DNA from: Lama guanicoe
Taxonomy: Eukaryota
Length of the DNA stretch: 64,000 nt
Direction of reading: 5' to 3'
NCBI GenBank assembly: GCA_013239625.1
Contig: MU054925.1
Location: forward strand, 1,806,829-1,870,828
Shown: one piece after another, positions 52,050 through 64,000 of the stretch
How positions within the stretch are numbered: the stretch's first letter is position 1
Layout of the letters: each line of letters starts with the position of its first letter
Notes under the pieces: generated by a model
Databases searched by the model: none
What the model saw: only the letters and a program-made list of their open reading frames with translations
Told to the model about the DNA's origin: nothing
Translations under genes and position numbers: made by a program

Positions 52050-52775
52050 GACAGAGTAAGTAACTGAAGCTTTGTTTCTTGGGAGGCCATTCTATTGACT
52101 GCAAGGATGCCATGCTGTGATTTACACTTAAAAAACAATTCCTCTGGCTGCCTGGGAAGAATTGTAAGGGCAAAAGGGGAGGCAGGGAGACTGACAAGGA
52201 GGCTGCAGAATTCCAAGTGAGACAGGGTGGTTTAGCTTGGGAGGATGGGAGATCTGGAGTGTATTTGGCCTTGGAGTCACAGAATTCACTGTGGAATGGA
52301 TATGGGGGAAGGAGAAGGGAACCAAAGGTGATGCTAGACTGTTGCCTTGAGCTGCTAGGCAGGTGGAGATGCTGCCTTTTGAGATGAGGACATTGGGGGT
52401 GAGGGTGCAGCTTTGGCCACTTTCATTTCAAGATGCTTTTAGACTTTCAGGGTGTCAGGAAGGCAGCTGGAGTGATGGAGCTTGAGGCACAGCGTTTTGG
52501 AAACATCATGATTTAGATGGACTCCAAAGCCACACAGCCAGACAAGACAGAAGAAAATGTGGAGAAGGATGAAAAGCAGACTTAATCCTGGGATAGAGGT
52601 TGGGAAGACATGAAGGAGTCAGGAAAGTAGACTGAGGAGGAACAGTGAGGTAGGAGGAAAACTAAAAGAGTATAGTCTTTTTGAAGTCTTTGAAGTAAGT
52701 GTTCCAAGAAAGAGATGGTCACTGTGTTGGATGCTGCCAGACAGGAAAAATGGAACAATAACAGAGAAACCTTGA
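52050..52775 (-). mobile_element. L2 LINE fragment (resumes after the LTR at ~53256)
   Basis: Purine-rich reverse-complement L2 motifs such as CCTCTGGCTGC, GGAGGCAGGGAGAC and GGAGGCTG..CCAAGTGAGA. Confidence 0.6.
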
Positions 52776-52781
52776 TGACTG

Positions 52782-53255
52782 TGTCGACTGAAATAAATGC
52801 ACAGCCTAAAATTTGAGAGTTATGTTTCATTTGGCAGGAGGACTCGAGCTGGGATGACAGCCCATCAGGTGGCTCTGAGGAACTGCTCCGAAGAGCTAGG
52901 GGAGGAGCTAGGATATACAGGAGCTTTACAACAAAGACCAGGTAGTTGGAACAATAAAAGATTGCTTGTTATCTAAAGAAAACTAGGTATCTCAAGTTAA
53001 AGAATTTAGTGCTTTTCCATGTATGGGAAGAAGCAAACATTTGGGCTCATTGGATTCATTCCTTTGACAAACATCTAGCTATCTAGGGCCAGTATCCTGT
53101 CCTTTCTTATTCTGAGTCCCCTCAGAGGGCACCATTGTGAGTGGCTGTAGAGGCTGGGCTGCAGGCCTGTCCTCACTAGGGGGTGGCAGCAGCCGCTGAT
53201 GACTTGGTTTCAGCATTCTTTGTTTACCGATATGGTTGCAGTATTTTCGTTCACA
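52782..53255 (-). mobile_element. ERV1-class solo LTR (family name not assigned)
   Basis: 474 bp with TG...CA termini (TGTCGAC...TTCACA), interrupting an L2. Degenerate TATA (~52911-52920) and poly(A) (~52825-52831) motifs lie on -. It resembles a cetartiodactyl LTR family from memory. The TSD is imperfect. Confidence 0.7.
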
Positions 53256-55619
53256 ACATCAACACAGGCATTTCAGTGGAGAAATAGGGCTCAAAGCCCA
53301 ACTGGAGAGATGGGAGCTGTAGATGCAGAGGTGGAGGCAGTGACCGCAGAGAAGAGGAGTGGCAGCCTTTCTCTGAGCATCCAGTGAGGAGCCTTGAGGG
53401 CTCTAGGCATTTGCTGAGAGAACAAAGCCCTCACTGGCCATGGAGAAAGAGAAAAGTGGGCCCTGTGCTCTGGAAGTTAGGGCCTGGGCCAGCCAGGGTG
53501 GATGAGTTGATGAGACAGGCTGGGGCAAGAGTGGTGGATAAAGCTGGCACAGGAATCCATTGCCCTGTGCTGTCCCCTGCTCTCTACCATGAGTCCAGCT
53601 TCAAGAACTCCTCCATGCTCATCACCAGGAGGGATGAGCTCCAAGGAGGGTGGGAGGGTAGACTACAGAGTGCAGTGCTGCCCAGCTCCACGTCCTGACA
53701 ATGTGTGTTATTTTCCCCAGAAAGCTGCACTGCTTTGCAGGTAAATTTGTCATAAAAGCACCATATATTCATTGGGAAATTGCAGAAAAGAGGGAAAGGT
53801 TCACTTCTTGGTACATTTTACTCTGGTTTGTTTCTACATGCAAGTGTTCTTGAGTAATTATAACCATGCTGTGAGTAGTTCAGGGCCTGATTATTTTTCA
53901 TTGAATGTTATATAATAGACACTCTCCATGTTGATACATAACTTTCGTTGTTGCTATTGGTTGCATAAAATTGCATGTGATAACGCCCTGTGTTCAATTA
54001 ATTCATCTCCTAATGGTGGCCATTTGGGTTACTTCCAATATTTATAGACAGGTTTGCATTGGATGTCCATATGTGGTGCTGTCCCTTGAACCATGTTCAC
54101 AAAACTGACATTTTAGGGGTTTGTGATTCCCACTTACTATGTTGCTGGTCGGTGGGGGGTCAGCTAGACACACACCACTGAGAAACACTACATGAGGCAG
54201 GCTACTCTCATATTCGTAATGGTCTCCACACTGTCATTTAAAACTTTTCTTTTTCATTGATGGGCCAAAGAAGGGGTCTCACTGTAGCTCCAATTGGTCT
54301 TTCTTTGATGGTGAGAAAAGATGCTCATTTTCTCACAGGTTCACTTACAGGTCTTACTTCCCCTCATGGGAGGGAGCAGATCCTATCAAGTGATCCACAT
54401 TTTTACTTTCCAAATGGGCTCTCTGAATGGCTCTCCAGGCCCTGCCAGGGCCGTCCTTAACCACTGCAGCGATCTAAGGTCAAAACTTTGTGTCTTCCTG
54501 AACGGTCCCGGACCCCGTACTCCAGCCAGTTTTCACAGTCACAGCAGTCCCTGCTGCCCGGTTTTCAGTGCCACTTCCCCAGGCCAGACCCACGTCCCAA
54601 CATCAGGGAACAGTCACAGCAGCTTTTCGGCCTGCCCTGTAGATTCTCTGTAAGCCATCACTGTCATTCACTCAGGAGGGAAACAGGCTCTCTTCTGAGA
54701 GCAGGCTGCAACTGAGGGGCAGAATGTGGGGGCACAATTACTCTTGATGTCTTTGCACTAGGAATGAGGAAAGAGCCAAACCAGCAATTGGGATGATACA
54801 GATATGTTTGCTTAACTTACAGTTGTGCTAAGAGCATCTTTTGGGCCTTTACTGGACTGATTGATGAATCATCCAGAGCCTGGGGGATTAATTATTTTCG
54901 GCCAGGCAGGGGATTTCATGGACAGAGTCAGGTTACAAACTCCACTGCTCCTCTGGCTACTGCTGTCTAGAGGAATCAGAGCCCTCACACAATTTGGAGC
55001 CCACCTGGTAATGCTTGGATTCCAGAGCTGTGGGTGCACACACATTATTGCACCATGTAGAGTTAGAAAAAGATTTCTCTAAAAATAACCACCGAGGAAT
55101 ATTTAATTTGATAGCAAGACTGTGACTAATGCATGAAACAGAGAGAGTCTGTGCGACAAGACACAGTACAATAATGGGGAGAAATTCATGTTTGACCTTT
55201 AAACCAGTGCAGAATGAAACAGACCTTAGCCTTGGCAGCTGAGGACCCTGTGGCTCTAGGGAAACTGGCTATGAGCAGGAGATATGATGGTCATGGAGGG
55301 GAACCAATGGGCTATGTGGTTCTCAAGGGTGTTACATCATGGAAATAGCTCGGGGAAATCAATACCTTTCGGTGTTAAATAGAGAGAAGGGGCTAGTGCT
55401 GAGCTAAGTGCTGCCTGGTAAGAGGCGGTTGCGGGAGGCCAGCCCAGCTGGATGGGGGTGACCGAATCAGCTCTTACAGGCTTGCCTGGAGTAGAAGCAG
55501 GTTCCCCAAAGCAAAAAGACCCAGCATTTCTGGAAAGCAATCCAAGCTGGTGGGGTGGGAGCAAAGTTCCAATGTTGAGTGAACAATTACCTTCTGCTAG
55601 GTTCTGTACTGAGAGTTTC

Positions 55620-55780
55620 CCAGGCATTTTCCTCATATGCATCCCTCATGTAGAAGCCATTATTATTCCCACTTGACAGAGGAGGAAACTGGGGTCAGAG
55701 AGGTTAAGCTACTTGCTTGGAGTCCAGCTGCAAAGTGTCTGGAGCTGAATGTGAACCCAGAGCCTTCGAACTCTCTTTGC
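55620..55780 (-). mobile_element. MIR SINE
   Basis: ATTATTCCCACTTGACAGAGGAGGAAACTGGGGTCAGAGAGGTTAAG core. Confidence 0.65.
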
Positions 55781-56759
55781 TCTTGCTAGGTCACTTATAA
55801 CTTAAAAAAGCCCAAGAGCTGGCCGTAGCCTCTAGTGACAGGTTGGGGTCGGGGTTGGGACAGGCTGAGTGTGGGTTGTGGTTTCGGCAGAGATCACCTG
55901 GTGATGAGTTCTCATGAAAAATTACCATGGCTCTTGGCATGGCATTTTTCTGGGTCAGAGTCGCTTCCACGATTGTTCCATAATTCATGATTACATATTT
56001 TAAATTCTGATCTATTGCCTTCGGTGCTAATTGGAAAACAAAATAGGCTCCATTTTTTAGAGTTGTTTCTCAGTGGCAACAAGGTGGGCATTGGTGCTGC
56101 TGCTTTCTGGGTCAGGGTTCCTGGGGCACATTCCAAGTATACATCTAAGGTGTGCTCTCAGGGGCGAGTTCTTTAAATTATTTTTTTAAACTTTTATCCT
56201 ATACTAAATGTTCCTCGAGAAAGAGATTAGCAGTAGTTCCTGATCAGACTCAGGGCCAGTTGTTTCTTGGCATGCTTGGTGACATTCTTTCCTAGACCCT
56301 CAGCACGGGCAGGGCTGTGGGGGACAGGCAGACTGTTAAGGTCACAATTGAAGCAGGGGGCCCCAGGACCACTCCTAGACTCTGGAGAGTTGGCCCTGCA
56401 GGAGGTAAGTTGCTCTTCTCTCTGAGCCTGGGAGAGAAGGGCTGAGTCTACACTCAGGTGTGCTGCCTTGAGAATCAAGGAAGGATTGGCTTAAAGAGGA
56501 GAGGGAAGCCTGGAGCAGTCTCAGGTGAGGAGTGGTTCTGCACAGCCTTTGTTGGGTATGCAGAGGATTAGGGAATGTATAGTGGTGTTTCTGAGCCCAG
56601 CACTCAAGTGGGTGGGTATTTGCCTAGGTTTCCCCCCAACATCCAAAGATCTCCTTGAGAGGTCTGGTTCTAGGGCCTGATCATACTCATGTCTTTCATC
56701 TCTGCTTCTGACCCAAGGCCCAGCACTGGTTGGTGCCCCCATGTCATGGGACCCGGTAA

Positions 56760-57245
56760 GGTCCCAAGACCTGGCCCTGCCTCCCACTCTAGCCACATGT
56801 TTCCCCACTCTCCTCGTATTTGCTTGCTCACTTATCACATCCTGGTCGCACTGGCCTTCCTGTTCTTCAGAGACATTGAGCTCCTTCCTCACCAGACCTA
56901 CCTCCCCTAAATGCTGCTCTCTCTGCTTAGAGCACTTTCTCTCCTACTTTACCTGGCTGATTCATCTGCGTTGTCAGGTTCCAGTTTAAACATTATTTCC
57001 TCCAGGAAGTCTTCTCTGATTTATCAAACCAGGTCAGGCCCCCTGGTGGATGCTCCCTTTGTGCACTGTGCTCCTCTGTCCTAGTACTTATGTCCCTAAA
57101 TCAGAGATCTGCTTGTGTGATAATTGGTTCAGTGTCTCTGCCCCCGCACCCAGATGGTAAACTCTGTGACGGGAAAGACTGAACATCTTCTGCTTTGGAC
57201 CTGGTCCGTAACAGGTACTCAATCAATATTTGGTGGATGAATGAT
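56760..57245 (+). mobile_element. L2 LINE 3' end
   Basis: CACTGGCCTTCCTG, TCCTCCAGGAAGTCTTCTCTGA and terminal GGTACTCAATCAATATTTGGTGGATGAATGA. Confidence 0.7.
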
Positions 57246-60200
57246 TAAAATTTCCCATATGCTGAGGTGAAAATTATGAGGAGCTGGTGGGAGCAAAGTC
57301 TGAGTTCTCTTTCTAGCCCCAGCCCCACAGCAATTCAGAGATGGGGTAGGTGGTGCTACACCAAACAAACATGCTATGTTTTGCACTTAATTCAAGCGAA
57401 TTGGTGAAGGCATTGCAATTGGTTGCTTTTTATGTGTCGAGAAATTATCTCTGTCCTGATTTGCAATATCAGTGCTATTTTGGGCTGTTTTTCTCTTTTG
57501 GGTCTATTTGTATTGGAGCAATAATTTCACCCCTTGGCTACACAGAGGCCCAATTAATATTACAAATATGATCCCATAAAATTCACTTCTTGACATTAGA
57601 ACGTTTTGTTGCTAATTACTCTCTAAGGTTTTTAATTTCAATTCCTCCTTGGTGACTTAGTGCAGAAATTCAAGGGCACAGTTATTTCCCCCAAAAGGAA
57701 AGGTGATCTAAGTGATGCCAAGTTTCTATCATTTTGCCCCTCCTTCCAGGGGGTATCTTGTTTTTTATTCTATCTCCTTTCATTTTCTTGGGCAGAAATA
57801 AACAATAAACAAACAGAAACCATATTGGAACAAAGATAAATTTCTGGGAAAAAAGCAAATACATATTTGCTAATGCATTCATTCAAGCTATATTTACTGA
57901 GTACCTACTATGTCTATGATCCTGCATGCTAGGCACTGAGAAAGCAACCCCGCCCCCAAACCAAAAAAACCAGCATGATACTGTCTCTAGGTAGCTCACA
58001 GTCTTGAGTGGACAGGAGGAAGGTGCTGAGAAGCCTGTGACTTTTCCAGAGGTGCTTCTCCTGGTGGGGCTTGATAGCTATAGCCCTGCCAGAAGTGTCA
58101 GATCAGTCTCCAGCGGTTGAAATCAGGGAAGCTTTGGTCACTTCTCATTTAAAAGACCCTGGCTAACTGGAAGGAATCTGCATTTTAATAATATTTTGAA
58201 TGGGTTGGTAAAATAGGAACAGATGGTTAAAGTTTGTCATTTTAGGGAAAATAATGAAATATTGCACTGCTTAATCTGTCTCTTTTTCACACTCTTCCCT
58301 ATCCGCTCCCCACCACAAAGATATTCACATGCAACAAAATCTAAAGCAAAATACTAATAATATCTTTGTCACTTAGGTCTCTTCACCTGAAAGGACTCTC
58401 TGTCAGCCATCTCTGTGTTAACCTACTCTGTTAGTCCTTTATTCCAATGTTACCTCCTGAGAGGAGGTTTCCTAAAAGGTGTTGCTTTGGGGGAACCTAA
58501 GGGGTGATGGTGAAGTGAGACTAGCTTGGGTGTCTTTCTGCCATGAAGGAAACCATCTCTGTAGATGTTGATTAATCAGAGCAGACTCGCTCTTAGATGA
58601 ACCTAGCAGGCAGAGATGAGTTGGGTAACATGTATTCTGAGCCTTCTATCCACCTGCCCCTGGGCTGCAGATGGGCATAAGTTCTAGGTGCAGGCGCTTC
58701 CTGATCAGAAGGCATAATGTCACCACTATCACCTGCACTTTGTTTGCAATTGCCGCTATTCCCACTGCATTTCTCTAGGATTTTCCCATCATTTTGCTTG
58801 GACAGAGCATCAGATGAGATCACCTGCTGGGAGAGGGAAGTGGGTGCTGCTCTGGCACCATGGCCAGAAACTCTTGGGAGAGTGAGCATCGTGTACCACT
58901 TGCCTATTGCTTGCTGACTTCAGTAGCAAGAGTCTCCAGGATGCTCCTGGATAAACATCATCTTTGTGGCCACACATTGTTTTATGAGCTGAGTCATCAG
59001 ACTGGCTGGCTCCTTAAATGCTGCTGTCTGATTCACCAGGCAGCAGAAAACATGGAGAGAAGATATGAAGTATAGCTCATTGAGCTTTGTAGAGGGCCAG
59101 TTTTATTTCACAAAGGTGATAAGGGATTTATCATTATGAAGTTTGCTTATGTTAAAAAACTGGTGATTAACTTGAGTTCCATTTAGGAGAAAAAGATGAT
59201 GCTGTCTGCATTTCTTGTATATTACTACAAAATGTTTGGTTATGGGCTATTTTTAATAGCCACCAGTCTTAAAGAAAACCCTGCTGAAAACTTGATTTCC
59301 TCTTCACTCATTTATTACAATGCAATTTATTATCTGAGGTTATGAGTTCAACCCCAAAGTAATAGTGACATGTTAATTCAAACTGTTTGCAGACTTCTTT
59401 ATTTGTTAGATAAATTCCTCCACCATGATTATTTTTTACACAACTACTCAGTAACATGTCTCAATGAATTTTTAATTAAAGCCAATGTGCCTATATCAAA
59501 AAAAACTTAGTCTAATTAACTCAAGTTTCTGAATTTGGGGATTTGTGACTTGAAGTAAATTTCTCAGTTCTCTTTTCCAACCTATTTTATTAGACCTCAG
59601 GAAACATACAGGCGGATCATTCACCCAGGAGTATATGTTGAATTCCTATTAGATGGCAGACACTATGTTAGTCTCTGTGGGGTAAAAATAAGTGAAGAGT
59701 GATCTTCACCATTGAAGAGGGAAACAGATGTTTGTCAATATGCATGGTGGACATGTTTGGCCTCTTGGAGCAGGATGGGATAAGCAAGTGCTACAGGAAA
59801 AGCTCTCATAGAAGAGCAAAATTCCCTTCAGTCAAGGGCAGTTGGGGAAGATTTCCCGGGGAAAGTAGCTCTTGGAGGGTGAGGAGGATCCATAAGTTTC
59901 AGGAGAGGAGAGTACATGGGCTGAGGGATATTATACGCAAAGGCCCAGCAAGAGCCAGGGAATAGCATGTGCTATGTCTGGAGCTGGGATGGCCTTGGGG
60001 ACTTCTGGGAGAGCCATTTCCAGGAGGTGACAGGATCTGAAACCAGACCTTAGGGGACAGAGAGCCAAATGGATTGTGTTGAAATAAAAGGGTCTGGAGT
60101 GGATAATTCTTCTTTGAACTCAGATGGAGAGAGGAGGAGGGAGGGAACGGGGGATGAGGGTACCAACAGGGCAGGTGTTCCTGGGACCACAGAAGGAGCC

Positions 60201-62518
60201 CATTGGGGCAGAACATGGTGAAAATGGGGGACAGGGGCAACAACAGTGCAGTAGGTTCCTGGGGATCCTGAGAAGGAGCAGGCAGTGCACCTGGGTGGTG
60301 GTAACATACGGAAGAGTGGGTGGGAAGGAAGGGAGGGCAGGGTGCTGATTTGCAGAGATCAGCTGGAAGTCAGTTCACATGCTAGGAGAGGTGTGTTTGT
60401 GAGAGGTGAGAGCAGACTGAAAGCCTTACTTAGTCGAGTGGACTGAGAGCTTGAGGAAGGGCTCAGAGCACAAGCTGTGGGTAATGAGAGCAGGTGCATA
60501 GTCCTGATGAAGGCCGATTTTCCACGTGTGCTATGCCCTTTTGCTTCAACTCAGGACAACAATGTAAATTTAGTGCAAATGGCAAGACTGTAGGAGTCTG
60601 GGTCTTATGAGATGCCTTCCTTCTCACCTTGGCCCCTTTTCTTTTTCCTTTGCCCCCCCCCCCCGAGCTGAAGTGTGCAGTCATGGATTGGGATGGTCTT
60701 CATCTGGGGAAGTCATCATCTAAGATGGATTCAGATGGGAAACAACAGAGTAAACTTTGGGGAAAAGCTCTGAGACTGTCATCACATACACCAGACAATG
60801 GAGTGGAACTAGAGGGTTTTTTTTTTTAAAGGAACTAGAGCTTTTTAAGGTTGTTCAGAAGGTCTGTGTAACTTAGCCCTGCCTGCTGCATAGCTCTCTG
60901 GAGAAAGCTTTGTGGGACTGTGGCTTCATTCCGTGGCAAACATTCCACGGTGGCCATTGGCAGGGGGTCTATCTTCCTGGAACAGTAAGCTACATAAATA
61001 AGTATATCTCTTTCATTATGTTCTTGGACCAAAAAAAAAGTAGCTAGCTATTGAGAAACTCCATTATTTACAGAACATTTTCCAGGGGCAAGAGTGGGCA
61101 GCTTTCATTGGTGGGAGGAGTCCAGGTCAGGAATTGGGAGTCTGTGGCAATAATCCAGGTGAGCACAGTCAGGCCTTAACAATCATAAAGGACATTGTGA
61201 ATGAAGAATCAACAAGATCTGTTGATTGCCAAGATATAGATATTTTTGTATTAGTCTTGCTTCCTATTCAACAAGTGTGTGTCAGATGCTGGGCTGGGTG
61301 CTGATGGGCCAGAAAGGTGCCTTTGGCTTGGAGCTTGCCTTTTGGGAGCTGACAGTCTTATGGAAAAAGTAAGACACACATGAACACAGCTTGAATCCCA
61401 GGCAAAAGAAGGATCCAATCTGCTAGCTGCAGGATCAGGGAAGGTTTTCTGCGGGTGAGGTGCTGAGCTGGGCTTTGAAGAGTGGGGATGTCCAAGAAGA
61501 TGGTGAGGGATACATCACTGTTTTGACTTGGTAGTGCTGGTGACAGAGATGTATAGATTTGTTGGGATTAGGGCTAGGAACACCATGCGGTCCAGATGTA
61601 GGTGGAAAAGAGAAGTTCTACAGTTGCCAGGACTTTCCTGGTCTTTGATGAGTTGTTGACCCAAGGAATGAGGTGATACTTGTAGGCCTAAGAGTGAATT
61701 AATTCTTAGGGAGGGGAGAAAGGAGGAAAGTTTAGGTACAGAACCAGAAACTCAGAACGGCCTGGAAGGGAGAGACCTAAGAGTAGGAGAGGGAATACTC
61801 AGGGCAGGAACACATCTTCTCCCGCCCTCATCCCAACGAGGAAGTGTTACCTTACAAGGAAGGTTGCTGATTGTTCCAGGGCCAAAAATTTACTGCGCAG
61901 GCTAAACAAGAACCAAGGAGGCGCCAGCGTCTTCGCCCTAAAAGGAGTCCCGGAGACCCAAGAGCGAGGGGCACCACTATGCCCACCTGGTTCTCTCGCG
62001 GCGACCCCACCTTGCGGGTCCCGTGATGCGCAGGGTGGCTCCGGGACCTTTCCAGGGATGGGGTGGTGACAGCGCTTTGACGCTGGGTGACACCGGGAAG
62101 GGTCTGAAAACGGTATCGTTCCCTCCTTCCCCGGCTCTCCCCTTTCCGACTCGCGATCTAGCGGCGACCTCTGCCTGCCTGGCAGGAGGCAGTGGACGCC
62201 GAAGCCCGCGGGGGCCAGAGGGCCTCCCTCCTACCCAGCCCCGCCTCCTCCAGCTCCCACTGCCTCCCAGGGCCCTGGATCCGCCGAAGAGCTAGTCCTG
62301 ACCCGGGCGGGGCCGTCCAATCGCCTCTCGCGGATTTCCCTCCGCTGGCGCGCGGCGGCGGCGGCGGCGGCGCGTGCGCCCGCGCGCCAAGCCGAGCAGC
62401 GGAGCTGTGAGGGACGGAGCGGCGGCGCGGGAGCCGCGAGGACGCACAGGTGGCGAGCCCTCGCCCGCACCACCCGGGACTGCTGGGCCGGCCGTGGAGC
62501 CTCGCGGTCTGGACGTGG

Positions 62519-62650
62519 NNNNNNNNNNNNNNNNNNNNNNNNNNNNNNNNNNNNNNNNNNNNNNNNNNNNNNNNNNNNNNNNNNNNNNNNNNNNNNNNNN
62601 NNNNNNNNNNNNNNNNNNNNNNNNNNNNNNNNNNNNNNNNNNNNNNNNNN
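62519..62650. other. Assembly gap (132 N) in the DOCK3 5' UTR region
   Basis: Run of N inside the CpG island, ending 32 nt before the ATG. Confidence 0.99.
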
Positions 62651-62682
62651 GCCGCGCCCGCGGGGCCGCGTCCGGCCCGGCC

Positions 62683-62719
62683 ATGTGGACCCCCACAGAG
62701 GAAGAGAAATACGGCGTAG
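62683..62719 (+). CDS. DOCK3: DOCK3 coding exon 1 (gene continues beyond the window)
   Basis: GCCATG start, MWTPTEEEKYGV plus 1 nt, donor G|GTAGGT. Matches the DOCK3 N-terminus and the CISH-MAPKAPK3-DOCK3 gene order. Confidence 0.93.
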
Positions 62720-64000
62720 GTAGGTGAGGCTCCGGCCTGGCCGCGGCGGGGGTTCGGGGGACGCGCCCGTGCTCTCGGCCTCGTGCCGACCCCGCCTCGA
62801 TTCGCGCCCGCGCGCCCCCGCCCCTGTCCGCAGGCTGCGCGGCCTCGGCGCGGGGCGAGCGCTGGGTGGGGGCGGCGCGGGCGCAGGGCGCGGGGGTGTG
62901 AGCGGGTCTCTGGGCGTCCGGAGGGCGGCAGGGGGCGCTGGCGGCGCGGCCTCGGAAGGTGCGGCGAGCGGGAGGGCCGGGCAGGGCCCCAGCGGCTGCG
63001 GGAGGTTTCTGGTGTGGGGCACAGGACAGTTGTACCCAAGAAGCCAAATTCTGAGAATCTCTTTTCTCCGCTCCCAAACCTGTTTTAATGAGTTTCCGCA
63101 CCTGAATTGATGAGACGAATGACTTTATTTTTGGACTGGAATCTTACCAAAAACAAAAAGGATAAAACAGGTTGACATCATTTTCCCAGTTGAGAATTTT
63201 GCAGACAATTGACTGGAAATGTTTGGTCCGTTTTAATTTGTATTAGAAATAATAATTACCTTATGGTAGGAAGTGTTTTTGCACATGTCCCAATGTTAAG
63301 TTTAGTGTGTATTAGAGTCATGGCTTTGTTAAGAAACCATCCAGCCTCTTTTTAGATGAGACCATTTTCGTCTTAGAATCTTCTTTTTATCTGTTACAAG
63401 TATTAAACTCCAGAGGCTAAATAATTCTTCTAAAATTAAACTTCTTTAAAAATAATATTCAATAATTTAAGGGACTGAATGTTAGCTTTACTTTTATAGT
63501 GTTAATGTTTTGTGACAATTTCATGATAGAGGAGTTTGGCCACATTGCATTATTCTAAGTCACCTGTCATCTTATTCAGTTAGAAACAGACTGAAAAATG
63601 AATGTACAGGTACCCCCTCCCCCAAGTTTTAATGGAAAATTATAGATGGATAATCTGTCTAAAGATAGATTTTTGTTTAGACAGATTCCATTTTTACTGC
63701 AGCTCAGTCAAGGTTTAGTTCACAATTCACTACAAGAACATTTTAAACTGTCAGTGGTAACAAACGTTTAGGAATACCATCAGGCAAATTATATAGAAGT
63801 TGAATTTATTTAAATTTAAGGACCTGCAGAGATCTGTGCTGGTAGGAAATCTTGTTTTGAAAGGTAACTTTCTGAAGTTTTAAATGAACTATATGCTAAG
63901 GTCATATTGGTGTGTGTTAGGATGGAAGTGATTAAAAACAGCCCTAGTGCTAGTGTCTCTGTTGAGATGAAATCAGGAAATGATGTGAAGAGCTGGGATT

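Larger units (their letters stand above)
61900..63010. promoter_or_regulatory. DOCK3 promoter CpG island
   Basis: Very GC/CpG-rich. GC box 62305-62312, CCAAT 62317-62321, (CGG)6 at 62353-62370. Confidence 0.88.

Noticed and set aside
54440-54720. CpG-containing segment with ACAGTCACAGCAG repeated at 54535 and 54610, considered as a processed pseudogene
   Set aside because: No recognisable protein similarity, poly(A) tail or TSD.
62023-63110. Several 90-290 aa ORFs on both strands
   Set aside because: Low-complexity Arg/Pro/Gly/Ala frames from a stop-poor CpG island, many spanning the N gap.

Overview
Mammalian genomic DNA, almost certainly a camelid (two tRNA-Ala-derived Vic-1-type SINEs), syntenic to human 3p21.2. 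It holds three protein-coding genes. CISH is complete on the - strand (3 coding exons, 254 aa) with its four STAT5 GAS motifs. MAPKAPK3 is complete on the + strand (one non-coding exon plus 10 coding exons, 384 aa, all GT-AG and in frame). Only the first coding exon of DOCK3 is present, on the + strand in a CpG island. The rest is intronic or intergenic DNA with old repeats (MIR, L2, L1M, MLT1, a Tigger MITE, an ERV1-class solo LTR) and two 132-nt N gaps. Nearly all long ORFs in the supplied track are spurious. I see no evidence of a new multi-gene system. The best second-look items are a decayed orthologue of the human CISH 1B alternative exon, an assembly gap starting inside the apparent mir-4787 orthologue, a telomere-type G-quadruplex just past the CISH poly(A) site, a candidate upstream + strand exon near the CISH promoter, and tandem splice donors at DOCK3 exon 1. 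Human comparisons are from memory, not from a search. Repeat boundaries are approximate.
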